A stretch of 64,000 nt of DNA, taken from positions 2,528,001 through 2,592,000 of the forward strand of contig CAWJSJ010000002.1 in assembly GCA_963845565.1 (NCBI GenBank), written 5' to 3'. The position numbers and the translations under genes were made by a program. Below the pieces are notes generated by a model. That model searched no databases, was not told where the DNA came from, and saw only the letters and a program-made list of their open reading frames with translations. Source of the DNA: an uncultured Methylomirabilota bacterium (lineage in GTDB: Bacteria; Methylomirabilota; Methylomirabilia; Methylomirabilales; 2-02-FULL-66-22). Below are positions 9,169 to 18,123 of the stretch, piece by piece (the stretch's first letter is position 1; every line of letters starts with the position of its first letter).

Positions 9169-9453
9169 TTACCTCGGACGGGGCAGGTGGTCCGAGAGGA
9201 AGCGGTGCAAGTCGGCAGCCACCGCGGGCGGGATCGGCTGCGAAGGAAGTCGCCGGCAGAGGTTTGCCGTTGTCTTCAGGGTTTTGGCGAAATTGACGCA
9301 GGGGTCGCAGCCGTCCAGGTGCTTCCGGATCTCCTCGCAGATCTCCTGCGAGAGTTCTCCGTCCACGTATTCCGACAGCCGCTCGAACAGTTCCCGGCAG
9401 GTCATGGACATCCCGTCGTGCGTGTGATCGAAGGGTCGCTGCGCGTCACTCAT
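9169..9453 (-). CDS. Zinc-binding anti-sigma factor (ZAS/zf-HC2)
   Basis: MTCRE..LSEYVDGEL..HLDGCDPC (HxxxCxxC); directly downstream of an ECF sigma; start could be an internal Met. Confidence 0.88.
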   Translation of the reverse strand: MSDAQRPFDHTHDGMSMTCRELFERLSEYVDGELSQEICEEIRKHLDGCDPCVNFAKTLKTTANLCRRLPSQPIPPAVAADLHRFLSDHLPRPR

Positions 9454-9492
9454 CAGATGTGATCCAGACCACGCGGTTTGGGTTCGCGCGCT

Positions 9493-10092
9493 CTACCGGG
9501 TCTGTGGCCCGGCCAAGTAGTCGGCAAGTTCCCGCCGGATGAACACCCGGGCGCGGTGCAGGCGGGACTTGACGGCAGGGACGGAAAGTCCCACGGCCTG
9601 GGCCGTCTCCTCGGCAGACAGCCCCTCCACGTCTCGGAGGACGAGGACGATCTTGTAGTCCTTGGGTAACTTGTCGATGGCGTTCTCCATCCGCGCAGAC
9701 AGCTCGCCGTGGAGCAATGCCCGCTCCGCATCCCCGGACCAATCGGCTATCTCCGGCCTGCGGCCCTCGGCATCCGGCCGAGGCATCAGGTCGTCCAGTG
9801 AGAACTCCTGTTCGGGGGTCGGTTCGTGGACGCCCCGCCGCCGTTTCTTGAGGCAGGCGTTAGAGGCGATCCGGTAGAGCCAGGTGCTGAACTTGCTCTC
9901 CTCCCGGAACTCCCGGATCGAGCGGATCACGCCGAGGAAGGTCTCCTGCAGGATATCCTTGGCATCCTCGACGTTCCGACACATCCGCATCGCAAAGCTG
10001 TACACGCGGTCCTGGTGGGTCCGGACCAGCGCGTCCAATGCGGCGGAATCCCCGCTCTTGGAGGCGGCGATGAGGGCTCGCTCATCCGTCAT
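9493..10092 (-). CDS. ECF RNA polymerase sigma factor
   Basis: DILQETF, FSTWLYRIASN, LRDVEGLS, VKSRLHRAR (regions 2 and 4). Confidence 0.93.
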   Translation of the reverse strand: MTDERALIAASKSGDSAALDALVRTHQDRVYSFAMRMCRNVEDAKDILQETFLGVIRSIREFREESKFSTWLYRIASNACLKKRRRGVHEPTPEQEFSLDDLMPRPDAEGRRPEIADWSGDAERALLHGELSARMENAIDKLPKDYKIVLVLRDVEGLSAEETAQAVGLSVPAVKSRLHRARVFIRRELADYLAGPQTR

Positions 10093-10588
10093 GGCGTCTC
10101 CGCTGCGGGGGGCCGCCGGACCCGGCCGGATCGCCGAGCGGCGCCACCGTCCCGCGGGTCACACGGATCAGATCCTGGGGGGCGAGGAGGATCTGCATCC
10201 CGCGCATCCCCGCGCTGATGCTGATGGTCGGCTGTTCCAGGGCGCGGCCGTCCAGGTACACAGGGTACACCTTTTTGCCGCCAAGGGGGGAGACGCCGCC
10301 CCGGATGTACCCGGTCAGCCGCAGGATCTCGTCCGTCTCGACGAGCGCCACCTGCTTGTCGCCGGAGGCGCGGGCCAATGATTTCAACGAGAGCGTGGTG
10401 GTTCCCGGCAGGCATACCAGGATCACGCCGGTCCGATCCCCCCGCGCGACCAGCGTCTTGAAGACCTGATCGAGGGGGATGTCGAGCTTCTCGGCGACCT
10501 CCTCGGCGCCGAGCTCCGTCTCCTGGAATTCGCGGACCGTGTAGGAGACACCGGCTCGGTCCAGGGCCTGCATCGCACGTGTCTTCAT
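10082..10588 (-). CDS. ybaK: Cys-tRNA(Pro) deacylase YbaK/EbsC
   Basis: KT.A, VFKTLV, TGYIRGGVSPLG, ISAGMRG motifs. Confidence 0.92.
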   Translation of the reverse strand: MKTRAMQALDRAGVSYTVREFQETELGAEEVAEKLDIPLDQVFKTLVARGDRTGVILVCLPGTTTLSLKSLARASGDKQVALVETDEILRLTGYIRGGVSPLGGKKVYPVYLDGRALEQPTISISAGMRGMQILLAPQDLIRVTRGTVAPLGDPAGSGGPPQRRRHDG

Positions 10589-10597
10589 CGGTGCGGA

Positions 10598-10627
10598 AGG
10601 CTAGCACCGACTCCGGCAGGGCGTCAA
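10598..10627 (-). promoter_or_regulatory. Putative sigma70 promoter for ybaK (near-leaderless)
   Basis: Minus strand TTGACG-N18-TAGCCT with extended TG, ending about 10 nt before the ATG. Confidence 0.4.
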
Positions 10628-10701
10628 GGCATGCCTGCGCGCCTGCGGGACGGACGATGCCGGCGGCGACCTGTGGGGCGAGGTGAGACCGCGAAATCCG
10701 C

Positions 10702-10730
10702 TTGACATGCTCCCGGAGCCCGCGGATATT
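10702..10730 (+). promoter_or_regulatory. Putative sigma70 promoter
   Basis: TTGACA-N17-GATATT. Confidence 0.5.
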
Positions 10731-10836
10731 CACACAGGGAGCGCCGGAGGGCGGCTTGCGCGGTGGATCGAACGCGGTCTCGTTCTGACGACCGAGCGGC
10801 ATCGGGCGGACGGGGACGGGCGCAGGGGAGGCAGCC

Positions 10837-11286
10837 ATGGCGACATCGGAGGTCCGGAAGCTGCGGCATCAGCTCGCGGGGATGGTGCGGGAGTATGAAG
10901 GGCATCTCTTGCGATTGGAGGGGCAGCTCCTCGTCCTGCGCGCCAAGGCTGCGCGCGCCGGCGAGGACGCCGGGGCCCGGTTCGCCGGTCTGCTGACGCA
11001 GGTCGAGCGGGAGGTCGAGGCGGCCAAGGAGCTGGGTCGGTCGGCCCTGGCCGGCGTGGAGCGGGCCGCCGACGCCGCGAAGACGTGCCTGGCCGATCTC
11101 CAGAATCGCATCGAGGACGCGAAGCCCAAGACGGCGACGGTGGCGGCGAAAGGGAAGGCTGTGGTGCGGCGGGCCACCATCGAGGCCAAGGCGCTCCGGC
11201 ACGGGGTGCGTGTCGGCCTGCGCGTCGCACGGCGAGTGTCGAGGCGCACGAAGACCGCGAAGGGGGGAGCCGCTGCCAAAGAATGA
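10837..11286 (+). CDS. Hypothetical helical protein with Lys/Arg/Ala-rich C-terminus
   Basis: RBS GGGGAGG; codon usage like neighbours; no family recognised. Confidence 0.7.
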   Translation: MATSEVRKLRHQLAGMVREYEGHLLRLEGQLLVLRAKAARAGEDAGARFAGLLTQVEREVEAAKELGRSALAGVERAADAAKTCLADLQNRIEDAKPKTATVAAKGKAVVRRATIEAKALRHGVRVGLRVARRVSRRTKTAKGGAAAKE

Positions 11287-11302
11287 ACTACGCACCGGAA
11301 AT

Positions 11303-11318
11303 CCCGTAACGGCTCCTA
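11303..11318 (-). repeat. Half-site remnant of repeat family B
   Basis: Reverse complement begins TAGGAGCCGTTACG, identical to the family B left end. Confidence 0.55.
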
Positions 11319-11371
11319 CGGCGCCGCGCGGTGCGGATGCGGGCTGAGGCATACTTGGGGAAGGACGGGAG

Positions 11372-11758
11372 ATGAGGACAGCGCTCGTAGTGTTCGCGGT
11401 GGCGATGTGGGCGTCGGTGGTCTTCGCGGGAGCGGCGCAGTGGAAGGCGCCGGCGTCCGTCACAGCGACCAAGAATCCCCTGGATCAGGCGACCGGCCTC
11501 AAGCTGGGGGGGCCGCTGTTCCAGGAGAACTGCGCGATTTGTCACGGCAAAGCGGGCAAGGGTGACGGCGAGGCCGCCGCCGCCATGAACCCCCGGCCCA
11601 AGCCGCTCGGCGACAAGGCCGTCCAGGCCCAAACGGATGGCGAGCTCTTCTGGAAGATCTCCGAGGGGCGCGAGGCCATGCCGGGCTGGAAGAGCATTTC
11701 CGAGAAGGAACGGTGGGCGCTCGTCCACCACATTCGCAGCCTGGCCGGGAAGAAGTGA
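11372..11758 (+). CDS. Periplasmic monoheme class I cytochrome c
   Basis: Signal peptide; CAICH; GKGDG; TDGELFWKI..G...MPGW axial Met motif. Confidence 0.92.
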   Translation: MRTALVVFAVAMWASVVFAGAAQWKAPASVTATKNPLDQATGLKLGGPLFQENCAICHGKAGKGDGEAAAAMNPRPKPLGDKAVQAQTDGELFWKISEGREAMPGWKSISEKERWALVHHIRSLAGKK

Positions 11759-11789
11759 GCCGTTGCGGTCGATTCCCACCGTCCGTCGC

Positions 11790-11803
11790 TTGATCCAGGT
11801 CAA
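11790..11803. promoter_or_regulatory. FNR/DNR-type binding box
   Basis: TTGAT-CCAG-GTCAA versus consensus TTGAT-N4-ATCAA (one mismatch). Confidence 0.6.
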
Positions 11804-11911
11804 GGGCTGTGCCGACGTTTCGCGGTCGCGTGAACCTGCGCCGCGCCCCCCCGCGCATCCGAAGGCTCCCGCGCGCGGGATGCGGTGTCCCGCACGACTC
11901 GGTAAGGAGAG

Positions 11912-12760
11912 ATGTTTCGGGCAAGCGTGAAGACTCCGAGGAATCCCATGGGCGACGGAGCCATCGGCCGGCCAATCGTTCCGAAAGAGCACGGCGCGTG
12001 GGCGGTGCTCTATGGCGCGTTTCTGGCGGGTGTCGGCGTCGCCGGCCGGCTGACCGTGCCCGGGATGCTGCTCCTGGGGGCGGTGACGCTGCTGGCCTTC
12101 GCGAACGGTCCGCTGGCTCTGCTCCTCCGGCCGGCGGCTGGCCCCTTGCCTTCCACGGAACGCCGGCGTGCGTTGGTGTGGATCGCGATCTACGCGGCCG
12201 GCGCGGCGGCGTGCCTCGCGCCGCTGGTGGCAGTGTACCGGATGACCTTCCTGTTCCCCTTTGCCATGGTGGCGGCGTGCGCCTTCCTCTTGCGGGGGTT
12301 TTTCGTCCGGCAGGGAGACGACCGCAGTCTCCCGGGTGAACTTGTGGGCGTGGCCGCTTTGACGCTGGTCGGCCCCATGGCGCATGCCGTCGCGGTCGAT
12401 GGCGCGCAGCCGGTTGGCGCCGTGCTGTGGCTTCTCCTGGTCCTCTTCTTTGCCAGCGGGGTGTTCTACGTGCGGATGCGGATCCGCGTCATGCTGGCCC
12501 AGCGACGGGGTATCCCGGCCGTGTCGAGCCGCGCGCGATGGTCGTGCGTCGTCTTCCACGCCTTCTTGCTCTTGCTCATCCCCGGCCTGGCTGTGGGGCA
12601 TCTCATCCCCTGGGCGGTCCTCCTGGCGTTCGCCCCCGCGCTCTGGCGGGCGGCCACCGGTCTGCGGCGGCGGGACGCCACGCTCAACCTCAAGCGGTTG
12701 GGTTGGTCCGAGGTCGGGCTCACGGCCGTCTTCGTCCTACTCCTCATCGCCTCCCTCTGA
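11912..12760 (+). CDS. YwiC-like membrane protein
   Basis: PKEHGAW N-terminal motif, multiple TM helices, C-terminal KRLGWSE; RBS AAGGAG. Confidence 0.8.
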   Translation: MFRASVKTPRNPMGDGAIGRPIVPKEHGAWAVLYGAFLAGVGVAGRLTVPGMLLLGAVTLLAFANGPLALLLRPAAGPLPSTERRRALVWIAIYAAGAAACLAPLVAVYRMTFLFPFAMVAACAFLLRGFFVRQGDDRSLPGELVGVAALTLVGPMAHAVAVDGAQPVGAVLWLLLVLFFASGVFYVRMRIRVMLAQRRGIPAVSSRARWSCVVFHAFLLLLIPGLAVGHLIPWAVLLAFAPALWRAATGLRRRDATLNLKRLGWSEVGLTAVFVLLLIASL

Positions 12761-12872
12761 TCGCCGAGAGCAGTCAGTGGCGGCGCGGCGCGCGATCCGG
12801 CCGGATTCCTTGCGCTATGAGGTTGGTGGCGCGGTCTTTCTATGGTAAAAATCTAGGCGAGAGGATACCCCT

Positions 12873-14186
12873 ATGGCAGTGCCCATCATTGCGATCGTTG
12901 GCCGACCGAACGTCGGCAAGTCCACGCTCTTCAACCGCCTGGCGGGTGGGCGGCGGGCCATCGTGGACGACATGCCTGGCGTGACCCGTGACCGCCTGTA
13001 CGCCGAGGTGGAATGGGGTGGGCGGCGGTTTACCCTGGTGGATACCGGCGGCTACGAGCCGGAGGGGACAGGTATCCTCGCGCAGGTGCGCGCGCAAGCG
13101 GCACAGGCGGTCGCCGAGGCGGATGCGATCCTCTTCCTGGTGGACGCAAAGGAGGGCCTCACCCCGACCGACACCGAAGTGGCGCGTCTGTTACGCATCG
13201 GCGCGACGAAACCGATCCTCCTCGTTGCCAACAAAGTGGACTCCGTGAGTCAAACGGCGCTTACCGCCGATTTCTACCGCCTCGGCTTCGATCCCATCCA
13301 CCCCGTGTCCGCGGAGCAGGGGCAGGGGACGGGCGACCTGTTGGACGCCGTGGCCGCGGCGGTGCCGGAGCGCGAGACCCCTGCGGACGCCGCCGGCGCG
13401 ATCACGGTGGCGGTGGTCGGGCGCCCGAATGTCGGGAAGTCGTCGCTGGTCAACCGGATCCTGGGCGCCGAGCGCGTCGTGGTGAGCGACGAACCGGGGA
13501 CGACCCGCGACGCCATCGACACGCGGTTCACCTACCAGGGGACGGACTACATCCTGGTGGACACCGCCGGGATCCGGGCCAAGGGTCGCCTCGGGCGGTC
13601 GGTGGAACGCTACAGCGTCTCGCGAGCGCTGGCGGCCGTGCGCCGCGCCGACGTGGTCCTGACCCTGATCGATGGGGTGGAGGGCGTCACGGCCCAAGAC
13701 GCCAACGTCGGCGGCGAGGCCCACGAGGCGGGCTGTGCCAGCATTCTGGTGGTGAACAAGTGGGATCTCCGGAAAGGCGATGCCGAGGCGGCGGATGCAT
13801 TCCGGCTGGCCCTAGAGGACAAATTCAAATACCTCGCCTATGCGCCGATCGCGTTCATCTCCGCCCTCACCGGACAGAAGGTCCTCTCGCTTTTCGAGTT
13901 GATCGACGCCGTGGCGGCGGAGCGGGCACGCCGGATCCCGACGGCGGAACTCAACGCGGTGATCCTCGAGGCGGTGGAGCGCCGCCCACCGCCCGCCGAG
14001 CGAGGCCGCGCCGTTCGTATCCGGTACGTGACCCAGACCGGCGTCAAGCCGCCGACCTTTGTCTGTTTTGCGACGAACCGGAGCGATCTGCACTTCTCGT
14101 ATATGCGCTACCTCGAAAACTGCCTGCGCCAGCGCTACGGATTTCGAGGAACGCCAATCCGGCTGGCCATCCGGGGCCGGGAATGA
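12873..14186 (+). CDS. der: Ribosome biogenesis GTPase Der
   Basis: Two GRPNVGKS P-loops, DTGG/DTAG, NKVD/NKWD, C-terminal FRGTPI. Confidence 0.97.
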   Translation: MAVPIIAIVGRPNVGKSTLFNRLAGGRRAIVDDMPGVTRDRLYAEVEWGGRRFTLVDTGGYEPEGTGILAQVRAQAAQAVAEADAILFLVDAKEGLTPTDTEVARLLRIGATKPILLVANKVDSVSQTALTADFYRLGFDPIHPVSAEQGQGTGDLLDAVAAAVPERETPADAAGAITVAVVGRPNVGKSSLVNRILGAERVVVSDEPGTTRDAIDTRFTYQGTDYILVDTAGIRAKGRLGRSVERYSVSRALAAVRRADVVLTLIDGVEGVTAQDANVGGEAHEAGCASILVVNKWDLRKGDAEAADAFRLALEDKFKYLAYAPIAFISALTGQKVLSLFELIDAVAAERARRIPTAELNAVILEAVERRPPPAERGRAVRIRYVTQTGVKPPTFVCFATNRSDLHFSYMRYLENCLRQRYGFRGTPIRLAIRGRE

Positions 14187-15826
14187 GGTCTGAAGCCGAG
14201 AAGTCGAGCCAAGAGCCGCGAGCCGCGAGCCACGAGTCCGCGACGACACCGGAGGGTGGCGCGGGCGTCGCGCCGTCGGACCTGCCGGCGCCCACCCGGT
14301 CTGAGGCTGCGACGGACCAACCGGCGGGCGATACTCCCGCTCGCCGCTGGGATGTCGTGGTTGTCGGGGGTGGAATTGGCGGGCTGGCCGCCGCGGGCCT
14401 GTTGGCCAAAGCCGGTCGAAGCGTGCTGCTCCTGGAGCGGTCGCTGCGAGTGGGCGGGGCGTGCGTTGGCGTCCTGCAGGACGGGCACCGGTACGATCTC
14501 GGCGTCAGTCTGATTACCGGCGTTGGCCCCCAGGGGGCAGTAACCGGGTTGTGCGAACGGCTCGGACTCAACCTGCCGACGGCCGCCTGTGACCCGACGG
14601 TTCAAGTGGCGCTGCCGCGGCATCGGCTGAGTTTGCCGCTGACGGTGGATGGCTGGTGGCCGGAGATTCATCGAGAATTTCCCGACGACGAGGCTGGGTG
14701 GCATACCCTGCTCTCCGATCTGGCCGTGCTGGCGGGCGACCGGGATCGGCTGGCACGGAGCCTCCCACCGCTCCCGCCCCGGGGTTGGCGTTCGCGGCTG
14801 CGGTGGTGGCGTGCGCTCCGCCTGCCGGGGCCGTCCGCACCGCCACGCCACGCGATCCGGCAGTTGCGGAAGGCCGCCGCCACACCGTTCCACGATACGC
14901 TGAAGGAGCATGGTCTGGGCGCCACGAGTCGGCAGGCGCTGGAGGCGTGTCTCTGGTATCTGCTGCTGCGGGGCGCCGACGAATGTTCGACGCTGGAGGC
15001 CGCCGTCGGCCTCCAGCGGTTGCGGGAGGGGGTCGCGGTCCTGCCGTCCGGTCCCACGGCCCTGGCCGAAGCGCTCGCCGGGCAGATCCGAGCGCACGGC
15101 GGTGAGATCCGTCTGGGAACGGAGGCTGCGGCGTGTGTGGCCGACCGAGGGCGGATCGTGGGGGTGAAGACGACGACCGGCGAGATGCTCCGCGCCCGCT
15201 GGGTCGTGACGGACATTCCACCCGACACCCTGGCGCAGCGCCTGCTTCCGACAGCCCGTGGCTGGTTCCAGCGACGCTCCGTCCCGTCGGGCCCCTGGCA
15301 GCCCCGCTACGTCGCCCAGGTCATGGGGGTGACGATCCCCAAGGCGTTCCTGCCGTCGGAGCTGGGATTCCACTGTGTCATTGTCCGGGACGCCGGGCGG
15401 CCGGCGCAGGCCGAGAACCTGGTCTTTGTCCGCAGGGCCCAAGACGACGCTGGCGCGGAAGGGGCCGGCCGGTTCGCCCGTTTGAGCATCGGCCGGTTCG
15501 TGCCGCCCGTGGCGCCGATGGAGGACGCGGTCGTGACGGCCGCGCTTCTGGGGGCGTTGGATCAAATCCTTCCCGGAGCCGCGGATGTAATCGTGCATCG
15601 CGCGCTGCTTCCGTCGTCCCTTCTCGGGGAGGTGTGGGGCAGGCCCTCAGCCGTGGTGCGTTATGAGGTCGACTCCCGCGAGTGGCTGGGGCGACGGGGA
15701 TTCCCCCACGAGGTCGGCTGGCCCGGCCTCTTGGCGGTCGGCGAGTGGACGCATCCGGGGCGCTTGGTTTCGGATGTGGTGGAAGGTGCCATGTCCGTGG
15801 CGGACGTGATCGCCGCCGCCGGGTAA
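14183..15826 (+). CDS. FAD-dependent oxidoreductase, phytoene dehydrogenase-like
   Basis: DVVVVGGGIGGLAAA..LLER..VGG Rossmann motif; C-terminal VGEWTHPG; ATGA overlap with der (start uncertain). Confidence 0.75.
   Translation: MRSEAEKSSQEPRAASHESATTPEGGAGVAPSDLPAPTRSEAATDQPAGDTPARRWDVVVVGGGIGGLAAAGLLAKAGRSVLLLERSLRVGGACVGVLQDGHRYDLGVSLITGVGPQGAVTGLCERLGLNLPTAACDPTVQVALPRHRLSLPLTVDGWWPEIHREFPDDEAGWHTLLSDLAVLAGDRDRLARSLPPLPPRGWRSRLRWWRALRLPGPSAPPRHAIRQLRKAAATPFHDTLKEHGLGATSRQALEACLWYLLLRGADECSTLEAAVGLQRLREGVAVLPSGPTALAEALAGQIRAHGGEIRLGTEAAACVADRGRIVGVKTTTGEMLRARWVVTDIPPDTLAQRLLPTARGWFQRRSVPSGPWQPRYVAQVMGVTIPKAFLPSELGFHCVIVRDAGRPAQAENLVFVRRAQDDAGAEGAGRFARLSIGRFVPPVAPMEDAVVTAALLGALDQILPGAADVIVHRALLPSSLLGEVWGRPSAVVRYEVDSREWLGRRGFPHEVGWPGLLAVGEWTHPGRLVSDVVEGAMSVADVIAAAG
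14205..14239 (+). repeat. Heptamer tandem repeat (CGAGCCR-like x5)
   Basis: cgagcca agagccg cgagccg cgagcca cgagtcc. Confidence 0.55.
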
Positions 15827-16037
15827 GTCAGCACGGAGCGGCATAGCGAGGACCAGACGGCCAGAAGGGCCGGAAAGGACCTTGACACCTCCGGACCCCT
15901 GTGTTACGAGAATCGGACCGCGCGGCTCCACTATCCGTGAGAATGTTGCCGGGCTGAGAGAGGGGGTCCGCGAGATGATGCGGGGCACCTTGGCCCCGGG
16001 CATCATTGTGCGCAGGTAGCGTCCCGTTCTCTGGTGA

Positions 16038-16994
<957 letters not shown>

Positions 16995-17065
16995 TTAGGG
17001 TTGGGGGTCGCTTTTCCCGGGGGGGTTTCTTCGCTCCGGGGGCATTGGGGGGAGGTACGGTCGGC

Positions 17066-17371
17066 ATGCGAACGCGGCTTGCGAAACTCGGAACTGCGCT
17101 GCTCGTGACCTTGGCGGTCACGGGGTGCGGACCGGACGTCAAGAAGGAAAATGACCAGCTCAAAGCCCAGGTGGAGACGCTGCAAAAAGAGAATCTGGCC
17201 CTGAAAGGGGAGGCCACGTCGCTCAAAGCGGACGCCGAAGCGATGAGGAAACGCGTCGAGGCGATGAACCAGGAGAAGCAAGCGCTCGAGTCGCAACTCA
17301 AAGACGCCGAAGCCAAGATAGCCATCAAGCCGGGGACCAAGCCCCCGCTCAAGCCGAAGAAAACGTCCTGA
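17066..17371 (+). CDS. Small coiled-coil lipoprotein
   Basis: Lipobox LAVTGC; heptad-rich body; RBS GGAGG. Confidence 0.75.
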   Translation: MRTRLAKLGTALLVTLAVTGCGPDVKKENDQLKAQVETLQKENLALKGEATSLKADAEAMRKRVEAMNQEKQALESQLKDAEAKIAIKPGTKPPLKPKKTS

Positions 17372-17488
17372 CGAACAGGAGGCCATGGTATTGTTTACGC
17401 TCCTGGTGCATGATACCACCGAGCGCGCGGCCGGGATTCGTCGATAGAGGTCGTGGGTCGCCGAGGGGCCGAGGGAGGGGCGCGCAAG

Positions 17489-18112
17489 GTGACGACCGAC
17501 ATCCAGCACTACTACCTGCGCCGACTGCACTCCGCGACCGGCATCTTTCCTCTGGGCGTCTTTCTGCTCCAGCACTTCTTCGGCAACGCCTACGCGATCC
17601 GGGGGCCGGAGGCGTTCAACCGTCACGCGGAGTTCTTGCTGGAGCTGCCCTACCTGCCGGTGTTGGAGATCGGCATGGTGTTCGGGCCGCTCCTGTTCCA
17701 TAGTATCTACGGCCTGGTGATCACGGCGGAGGGGGATCTGGCGCATCCCGGGCAGGGCCTCGGCCTGCGTTATCACAACCTGGCCTACCTGTTCCAGCGT
17801 GTCAGCGGGATCTTCCTCATGCTGTTCATCGGCTACCATGTGTGGAACACCAGGGTGCAGGGCGTCTTCTTCGGCCAGACGGTGGATTACGCTTACCTGG
17901 CCCGCTACTTTGCGCCGGTGTACGAGAAGGCGATCTACAGCGTCGGCATCCTGTGCGCGTGCTACCACTTCGCACACGGGCTGTTCAACGTGACCTACAA
18001 GTGGGGGATCACGATCAACGCCCGGGCGCAGCAGGGGATGATCTACCTCAGCTATGTCGTCTTCGTCGCCATGAGCGCCGTGGGGATTCACATTCTGTAT
18101 TCGTTCAAGTGA
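17489..18112 (+). CDS. sdhC: Succinate dehydrogenase cytochrome b558 subunit (Bacillus-type)
   Basis: RRLHSATGIFP, conserved His ligands, QRVSG, YHFAHGL, WGI; GTG start. Confidence 0.9.
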   Translation: MTTDIQHYYLRRLHSATGIFPLGVFLLQHFFGNAYAIRGPEAFNRHAEFLLELPYLPVLEIGMVFGPLLFHSIYGLVITAEGDLAHPGQGLGLRYHNLAYLFQRVSGIFLMLFIGYHVWNTRVQGVFFGQTVDYAYLARYFAPVYEKAIYSVGILCACYHFAHGLFNVTYKWGITINARAQQGMIYLSYVVFVAMSAVGIHILYSFK

Positions 18113-18123
18113 CGGAGGGCATC

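Noticed and set aside
13013..14182. N-terminal 390 aa of the 937-aa ORF
   Set aside because: Off-frame overlap with der; coding signal begins at or after 14183.
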